A DNA stretch of 64,000 nt, from positions 44,454,001 to 44,518,000 of the forward strand of contig OX597823.1 in the NCBI GenBank assembly GCA_951406725.2. The letters are read 5' to 3'. Shown piece by piece: positions 56,158-64,000 of this stretch (its first letter is position 1; each line of letters opens with the position of its first letter). The notes under the pieces were generated by a model. That model was not told where the DNA came from. It saw nothing but the letters and a program-made list of their open reading frames with translations, and did not search any database. The DNA is from Octopus vulgaris (Eukaryota). The position numbers and the translations under genes are program-made.

Positions 56158-56650
56158 GTATTCTTTTATTCTTTTATTGATTTCGGTCAGAGGCTGGGGC
56201 CATGCTGGAGCACTGCCTGTCAGTGTTTTTGGGTCCCCTTTCGGTATAGTTTGTGGTAAAGAAGCGAGTTGGACGAAGCTGTTTTTTATTTTGTGCCTCC
56301 TACCGTGATGTGGGCTCATCTGGTATTTCAGATAGAAATTTGTCCAGGTGTTTTTTTAACGTTTCCATATCTTGCTGATCTCGTAGTTTCCTTGGAAGGA
56401 CGTTAAACAGTTGTGGCTCCCTGAAACCCAAGCTATTGCAATGCTGGGTTCTTATCTGAGATGAAGAGGACAGTATCTTTGGTATTATGCAGTATCGTCC
56501 AGTTCGGTGCTTGGTATAGCTTTTAATTCCAAAGATGGGAGCTAGACCTTCCAGTATCTCCCATATGTATATCACTGCATATCTTTCTCGCCTTCTCACC
56601 AGGGAGTAGAGCTTTTATTCTTGTAGCTTCTCCCAGTAGCTCATCTATTT
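56158..56650 (-). mobile_element. CR1-like LINE 3' end
   Basis: [43 protein letters not shown] (ORF 56300-56599), followed by a short 3'UTR and AATAAAAG repeats. Confidence 0.8.
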
Positions 56651-56995
56651 CACCGAATCAATATATATACACATGTCTACATATAAATACATAGACACAC
56701 TCAGACATGCACACACAAACACACAGAAGTACACACATGCATGCATACATACATGCATACATACATACATACATACATACATACATACATACATACATAC
56801 ATACATACATACATACATACATACATACATACATACATAGAACGCAGCTCGTATAACGGACAGCGTCAACGACTATTGAAAAGGTTGCCAGATGCAACGA
56901 AAATTTCGAGAAGCATAAATAAATGAGTGGAAACTTTACCGGTGAGTGAGTTAAATAATAAGGCACTAAGAGAGAATGACTCTCCCCAGATACAA

Positions 56996-57051
<56 letters not shown>

Positions 57052-57291
57052 TAAAATTAATATTAATTTATCTCCCTCATTATTTAAATATTGAAATAAA
57101 TACGTTCTCTAGTAGTAAGCACCAACCGCAGTGAATTATTTACTGCAGCCCTTCGCCTCAGGAATTTCTTAGCGCGCCAGAACCAAGACATTTGAAATTT
57201 TATCCCTAGTGTAATCGGTAAAACTAAACACGTGTCTGTCCTGGCACGGAAAGCTGGGGTTAGTTTTTTCAGTTTACATTCACAATGAACG

Positions 57292-57367
57292 AATGCACTG
57301 AAGAAGCACGGACATTTGAATTACGTAAGTAATTCTTTTGTTAAAGGCCGAAACCGAGGTATGCATT
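57292..57367 (+). ncRNA. Type-I hammerhead ribozyme motif with intact core
   Basis: AATGCA-CTGAAGA-aGC..GAATTAC gtaa GTAATTC..GCc-GAA-ACC ga GGT-A-TGCATT. 6-bp stem I and GNRA-capped stem II. The element lies between (TA)n tracts at ~57000 and ~57520. Confidence 0.78.
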
Positions 57368-57548
57368 TAATTCTGTTTTTTATATAAATTTTCATCTGTC
57401 CTGCCCGCCAAATTTGGTTCTGGTGTTCGCTGAATTTTTCCTCTAGAGAATTTCCTTGTAGTTTGATCGTTGATGATCTGTTTCTAGCATACGGCCGACT
57501 TCCTAGCAGTAAGCCCTGCCAATATATATATATATATATATATGTATG

Positions 57549-57580
<32 letters not shown>

Positions 57581-57648
57581 CATGTATGTATGTTTGTATG
57601 CATATACGTATATATATATATATACATATATACGTGTATATATATATG

Positions 57649-57710
<62 letters not shown>

Positions 57711-57754
57711 CATATATATACATATATGTAAATATATAGATATATACACACATA

Positions 57755-57885
<131 letters not shown>

Positions 57886-58318
57886 TTACATATATACATA
57901 TGTATTATGTCGCAAGGCTTCAAAAGTAGAATCGTACTCCAGTACCCGCGAGAGTAAAGTCAATGTTATAATAAAAACCACAAGTCCTGTGAAATACAGC
58001 TATCCATGATTTTATGGTCGAAACGTGTGCCATTTTTCAAACTAAAAACAAGACCATCTCTTAGTTGCTTTTTAAGCAGATGATGTTTGAACAAGGAACG
58101 CTGGGAAGATAACCAACGTTACAATAAACAAAGTCAAAGAGCCATAAACAAGATATTAATAGTTTACGATGTGTCTGGTGTCATATTTTTAAATTCTGCC
58201 AAAATATATTTCTTAAAATGAGGACATAAAGGAAAAATCTGGTTTCTGGAATTTACGTAGTAGTTGGACGCTCTCGTATTCTTTAAGGGATGGTTTTTAA
58301 GAAGACATATCTAACATA

Positions 58319-59190
58319 CGAGGTCTGATCAATAAGTATCAGGATTATTACCGCAGTAATGAAGCTATAAGCATGCAGAGTAAAGCCAGTTGGCAAAGAT
58401 TGACCTTGAACGCTGCTGTGCCTGCACACAAAGTTTTAACGTTCTAGCTTACTTTCGCTGTTTACAGCAGCACTTGGAAGGTGGTGTGTAGCGTGTGATC
58501 GTCGCATTGAACATGACAGAGAAAGTTGTCATGGCAATACCTCCCCAGAGGCCAACACAAAGTTGCAGAAAGTGTATGGAGAGTGGTGTATGAGCCACAC
58601 ACAAGTGTACGAGTGGTTCAGATGTTTCCAAGATGGCCGAAAAATTGTCGATATTGACGAACGTACTGGGAGACACGCAGCCAACAAAACTGAGAAAAAT
58701 ATCGCAGATGTGTTTGCAGTTGTGAGGGTAAATCGTCGAATCACCATCCGCGAGTTATCAGAGGATGTGCAGATTAGTTACGGTTCAGTTTAGTCCATCA
58801 TCACTGAAGATTTGGGCATGAGACACGCCTGCCAAGTATGTACCAAAACTGCTTTCAGCTTACCAAGAGGACGCTCGGGTTTCAGTTGCACAAGATTTCC
58901 TTGATTGTGTCGAGAACGATGAAGACTTTTTGAAAATTTTGCATAGGTCTCTGAGCAAAATCTAAGGCAGATTCTCTGCTCAATTTTCTCTGCCATGGTC
59001 AATACGACGATCACCCGCTACACACCTTCCTTCGAAGCACTACTGTAAACAATGGAAGTAAGCTAGAACGTTAAAACTTAGTGCGCATGCCCAGCAGGGT
59101 TTACCGTCAATCCGTGCCAAGTGGCTTCACTATGCGTGCTTTAACTTCGTTACTATGGCAACAGTCCGGATACTTATTGATCAGACCACG
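58319..59190. mobile_element. Mariner-derived fold-back element with two 5' ends
   Basis: ~210-bp inverted arms starting CG(A/T)GGTCTGATCAATAAGTATC, with TA flanks. The plus strand carries HTH sequence QVYEWFRCFQDGR..DERTGR..NRRITIREL; the minus strand starts MAEKIEQRICLRFC. Confidence 0.88.
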
Positions 59191-59489
59191 TATTTTGAAC
59201 CCGTCAGTATAGGGACTGGTTTTGAAAAGGATTTTCCATTTGATGTCGTAGTTGACCACTTTCTGATTAAGACCGAAAGGGTTGTTGAATGTCTCTTATC
59301 ACGTTGCCTTAAAGTCGAAAAATGGTTGTTATATTCTGGATTTAAATTTTCTTTCTACGCCTCCGATATGACGCTTGATTTCTGTTCGACCGTTATCATA
59401 GTTCACAGATACCTTGTATACACACACACAAACACACACACACACACACATACGCACACGCGCATGCACATACACACGTACATTTGTAT

Positions 59490-59546
<57 letters not shown>

Positions 59547-59730
59547 ATTATATAGAAGGAGCTTCTACAGGACTAGTACTGTTTCATTTATTTTAATAAA
59601 TGTTACTTACTCCAAGAAGCTCCTTCTATATAATAAATTAATTTTACTCTGCTATGTATTGAGTACCTTACTTACTGTGGTTAACCCCGTATCAACCCGG
59701 GAACTACATATATATATATATATATATATA

Positions 59731-60237
59731 TCGTAAATCCTCGAGTATAGTCTGCCCTTGAGTATAATATGCAGGGGGTTTTTAGGGGGCTGTATCTCTG
59801 AAAATCCTAAACCTTGTGTATAATACGCAGCCCTTCTCTAACTTGAACGTGCGTAATTAAGCTAGCAGCACCTAGTAGAACAAACACTTCCGCGCATGCG
59901 TAATACAATAATGGTGATGTTCTTATGGGAATGTAAATATGTTTGAAAATTGTTTTTGTTACATTTTATTCTGTGTTCTGAATACTTTTATTTTAATAAA
60001 TGTTACTTACTCCAAGTTATGGATGATTCTTTTATGACTTCATTGCTTTCAGGTTTAGCTTAAGGTATTTTCGTGCCCGACATCACAAAATGCGTCTGAA
60101 TAGACATTGCCTGACAGCAAATAGAGCCTCGGACATTGCTTAGAAAATATTTTTCATTTTTAACCTCGTATATAGTACGCACTAGGGATTTTGACCTTTA
60201 AATTTTGGGAAAAAATGCGGATTATACTCGAGGAATT

Positions 60238-60241
<4 letters not shown>
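59731..60241. mobile_element. pogo/Tigger-like MITE
   Basis: TIRs TCGTAAATCCTCGAGTATAGTCTGC / GCGGATTATACTCGAGGAATTAAGG, inserted in (TA)n. Confidence 0.75.
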
Positions 60242-60293
<52 letters not shown>

Positions 60294-60445
60294 AAAGTAA
60301 AAAAATATACAAACTGGGACAAGAACGTGAAACATTTAGAAGACGACACAAAAAACACGGACGGGATATTCGAAGCCCTCAATCATCAGTCAAGAACCGG
60401 ATCATCTTCGCAATTTCGGCTGATTAATCTTGATATGTATGTATG

Positions 60446-60503
<58 letters not shown>

Positions 60504-60528
60504 TGTGTGCGTGTGTATAATGTATATA

Positions 60529-60740
60529 CAGGGTGACCTAAAAGTAGGTTTACAGTTATTCAACTATATCTTTCACATTCCTATATTAACAGTTTAGATC
60601 TTAATTACAAAAAAATATGAAACCATTACTCTATGCTAATTTAGTTAATTGTAAGATAGAATGTTAACTGTAATAAAATATTTTAAAAGAAATTTAAAGT
60701 GCCTACGTGATAACTGTAAACCTACTTTTGGGCCACCCTG
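60529..60740. mobile_element. 212-bp Tc1/mariner-type MITE
   Basis: TIRs CAGGGTG.CC.AAAAGTAGGTTTACAGTTAT with TA on both sides. Confidence 0.85.
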
Positions 60741-60759
60741 TATATATATATAAAAACAG

Positions 60760-60824
<65 letters not shown>

Positions 60825-60840
60825 CATACATACATATATG

Positions 60841-60873
<33 letters not shown>

Positions 60874-62085
60874 GTATATATATGTATAGATGTATACGTA
60901 TATATGACAATGCTTTATGTAACATTCATTTGTACATGTGATGAGCGTCAAAGAATGTATGTTTATGTGAATTTCATGATTGTGTGAGTAAAGAGAAATG
61001 AAGAAAAGAAGGAAAAATAAATAAAGCAATCAAACAAAAATGTGCGTTGGTCTGCTTCTGTCTGTCTGTCTGTATGTATGTAAGTGGGTAGGTAAATAGG
61101 TAGGTAGGTATGTATGCATGTTTGTATGTGTGTGTGTGTTTGTCTGTGTGTGCATGTGTGTGTTATGTATATGTGTTAATTGAGGTTGCTCTCATTGAAG
61201 GTTATCTGATATGATAATGGTAATTAACCAATCCTTAACTACCCATATCATCATCATGCCACCACCAAGACTGTCGCTGCCACCGATTCCCCCTCCACCC
61301 CGACCACTGCCATTATCTCTTTCATCACCATCACCGCCGGATAAGAGCCACTAACTGCAACTACAACAACGAGAATCGCCTTGTCCACCACCACCAACAA
61401 CAACAAACAAGGGAGCCTTACGTGGTCACTCAACTTGCTAGAAATAAGAGTCAAATCATCTTCAAATTAAACGCTCACTGTCTTGAAAATAATAGGACAT
61501 TTGATGGAATGATAGTCATGAGGGAACGTTTTTTGAAATAAACCTCTCATTGCTCTAAGCAATTGTTTCAATGGCAGAAGGCCAGAGATTCTAGAGGAGG
61601 TAGGAAAGTCAATTACGAAGATCCCAGTACTCAACAGGTACTTATTTTATCGTTTTGAAAGGATGAAAAGTAAAACTAACCTCAGTGGAATTTGAAGTCA
61701 GGATGTAGAGAGCCCAGTATTTTACCAATATTTCATTTTAACAACTCAAAAAAAAAAAAAAAGGTGAATTTGAACTTAGAAGACAAAGGGGCGAAAGAAA
61801 TGCTGCGAGAAATTTCTCTAACGTTCTAACGATTCTGCTAACAACCGCCTAATTTTTGGTCTAAATAACAGCAGCAACAATTTTTCAGCAACGAAAATCC
61901 GACGAGCGCACTACACGTCTGTCCCCTAGGCGCATCAGTCGTGAACTAACGCAGCTTACGGGCGCATTAATTTTCACGCATTTATAAGAAGGGTGGCATC
62001 ATCTCCTATCCAAAGGATTTTGCATACGAGGCATTAAGTTTGGTGTGAAAAATAAAGTCGGATACTTTTCCTTTTGAATGCATCT

Positions 62086-62119
<34 letters not shown>

Positions 62120-62122
<3 letters not shown>

Positions 62123-62255
62123 ATCAAAATAAGCAACAAGAATGACTCCGGTAATTTGGTACGATCATTTCGTACTACACCATTTAATAAAATGATGTAG
62201 TACGAAACGATCGTACCAAATTACCGGAGTCATTCTTTTTGCTTATTTTGATTAT
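62120..62255. repeat. ~60-bp-arm hairpin with a half hammerhead motif
   Basis: TAATCAAAATAAGCAA..GTACTACA / TGTAGTAC..TTGCTTATTTTGATTA. Contains GAAACGATCGTA and abuts (TA)n. Confidence 0.85.
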
Positions 62256-62331
62256 AATCACCCCACGGATTTTTATGGATAACACCATACAGAATTCTGG
62301 TGCATCTAAATTAAGTACCATATTCATTTGA

Positions 62332-62421
<90 letters not shown>

Positions 62422-62439
62422 ATATATATATACATACAT

Positions 62440-62651
<212 letters not shown>

Positions 62652-62662
62652 ATATATATATG

Positions 62663-63284
62663 CAGGTTGCGATGGGTAACTTTTTGCCATTTTATATTCT
62701 TAATTTCGTGCATGCACATTGTATTTGATTTTGTCGACTACACAGTATAATAGAGTTAGTGGGGCATCGTCTGTGAGAAAAACAGCACCATAACCTGGAG
62801 GAGGTAGTGCTGCCTTGAGTCAGGAGGGTGGCTGCTGGATGACCCTCTGTCAGTAACAGGACTCTGCACTATACCACACAAATAGGAGAACCCAGTCATG
62901 GCTGTCAGAAAATTTCTGCGACCACATCACTCCAACATCTGGCCACCTAATTTCCCAGACTGCGACCCCCTTGATTATTATGTGTGGGATGTAGTTGAGC
63001 GGGAGACCAACAAAATTCCTTGTAACACCAAAGATGAACTGAAAGCAAGGATTATGGCAGCATTCACCAACTTAAACCAGGAGACCGTCCAGAAGAGTTG
63101 CAGGAGATTCCGAAGTCGTCCGGAGGCCGTGGTTGAAGCCAATGGCAATTTTATTGAATATATTTACTCTTTAATATTTCAAGATATTTTCATGTAATTT
63201 TGATAAGTATTTCTGTTAAACTGAGATGTCAGTGTAATTTTCATTTTTGCGTAAGTTAGACGACAGTTTATTCACCACACCCTG
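62663..63284 (+). mobile_element. maT/DD37D-like Tc1/mariner deletion derivative
   Basis: QDSALYH and WPPNFPDCDPLDYYVW..CRRFRSRPEAVVEANG (ORF 62898-63197). Imperfect TIRs CAGGTTG.. / ..CACCCTG. Confidence 0.8.
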
Positions 63285-63699
63285 TGTGTGTGTATGTGTG
63301 TGTGTGTATGTGTGTGTGTGTATGTGTGTGTGTGTATGTGTGTGTACACACACACACAAATAATATGGGTATATATATATATATATATACACACACACAT
63401 AATATGGGTCGCTTATTAGCAATTTAATAACCTAAAGGCAAATCTATAGACGTGACAGAGGGTACTATGTATTACCAGCATTGCTAGATAATTCTAGTTT
63501 TCACTTTTACCGTTGTTGAAATCAGCATATGAGTTCAACGGATTTCTTATAAGTTGACTAGGTGAGCTGAGTTTAATCCTAGGCGCGGAAGATGTAGAGA
63601 ATTAAGGTAATCTACATCAAAATTCGAAATCACCAGTGATCTGGCTGTTTCCGCTAGGAGGCTTTGTCTCCCTTGTCAGTGATTAAGATAGTACTTATG

Positions 63700-64000
63700 T
63701 GGCTATTGAATTGTTTTGATTCTTGCTCCTGTCTTTTCTCGCCTTTGTCGTCTCTCTCAGGAGAAAATGAAAGCGGCCAAGGCAGATTTCAATCATATGT
63801 TACAATTGGGGATCATTCACCCTTCTTCTGGTCCATGGATATCTCCATTACATTTCTCTTGAAACACTTTGGAGATTGGTATCCAACTGGAGACTTTAGA
63901 CGTTTGAATTCGATCACCGTGCCGGATCGATATCCGTTCCTCACATTCAAGATTTTGGTGCTTGTCTACACGGATGTACCATATTTTCGAAATTGGATCT
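63700..64000 (+). mobile_element. Gypsy LTR retrotransposon RT N-terminus (decayed; runs off window)
   Basis: KAAKADFNHMLQLGIIHPSSGPWISPLH..GDWYPTGDFRRLNSITVPDRYP.PHIQDF..IFSKLD, with frameshifts. Confidence 0.88.

Overview
AT-rich, microsatellite-dense animal genomic DNA. The SINE families and LINE set look like an octopus (cephalopod) genome; this is an inference from repeat content. No intact host gene is recognisable, and nearly all ORFs in the track are microsatellite translations or decayed transposon pieces. Retroelements: tRNA-derived SINEs, R4/Dong-like, L1/Tx1-like, CR1-like and RTE LINE fragments, a large decayed Penelope-like element (RT + GIY-YIG), and a Gypsy RT at the right edge. 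DNA elements: a full-length frameshifted hAT carrying a nested MITE, a Charlie/Buster-type fossil, mariner and maT derivatives, and several MITEs. Highlights from reading the sequence: (1) six minimal type-I hammerhead ribozyme motifs (three with intact cores) in short non-coding elements next to (TA)n tracts; (2) a 998-bp non-coding LTR element (TRIM-like) with 148-bp LTRs, a tRNA-Ser PBS and a PPT; (3) a SINE with a 10-bp TSD whose 3' tail matches the Tx1-like LINE 3' end, and another SINE whose tail matches a CR1-like LINE; (4) apparent CpG depletion in the first ~8.5 kb; (5) a candidate symmetric Cys-rich exon. All calls are by eye, and ends of decayed elements are approximate.
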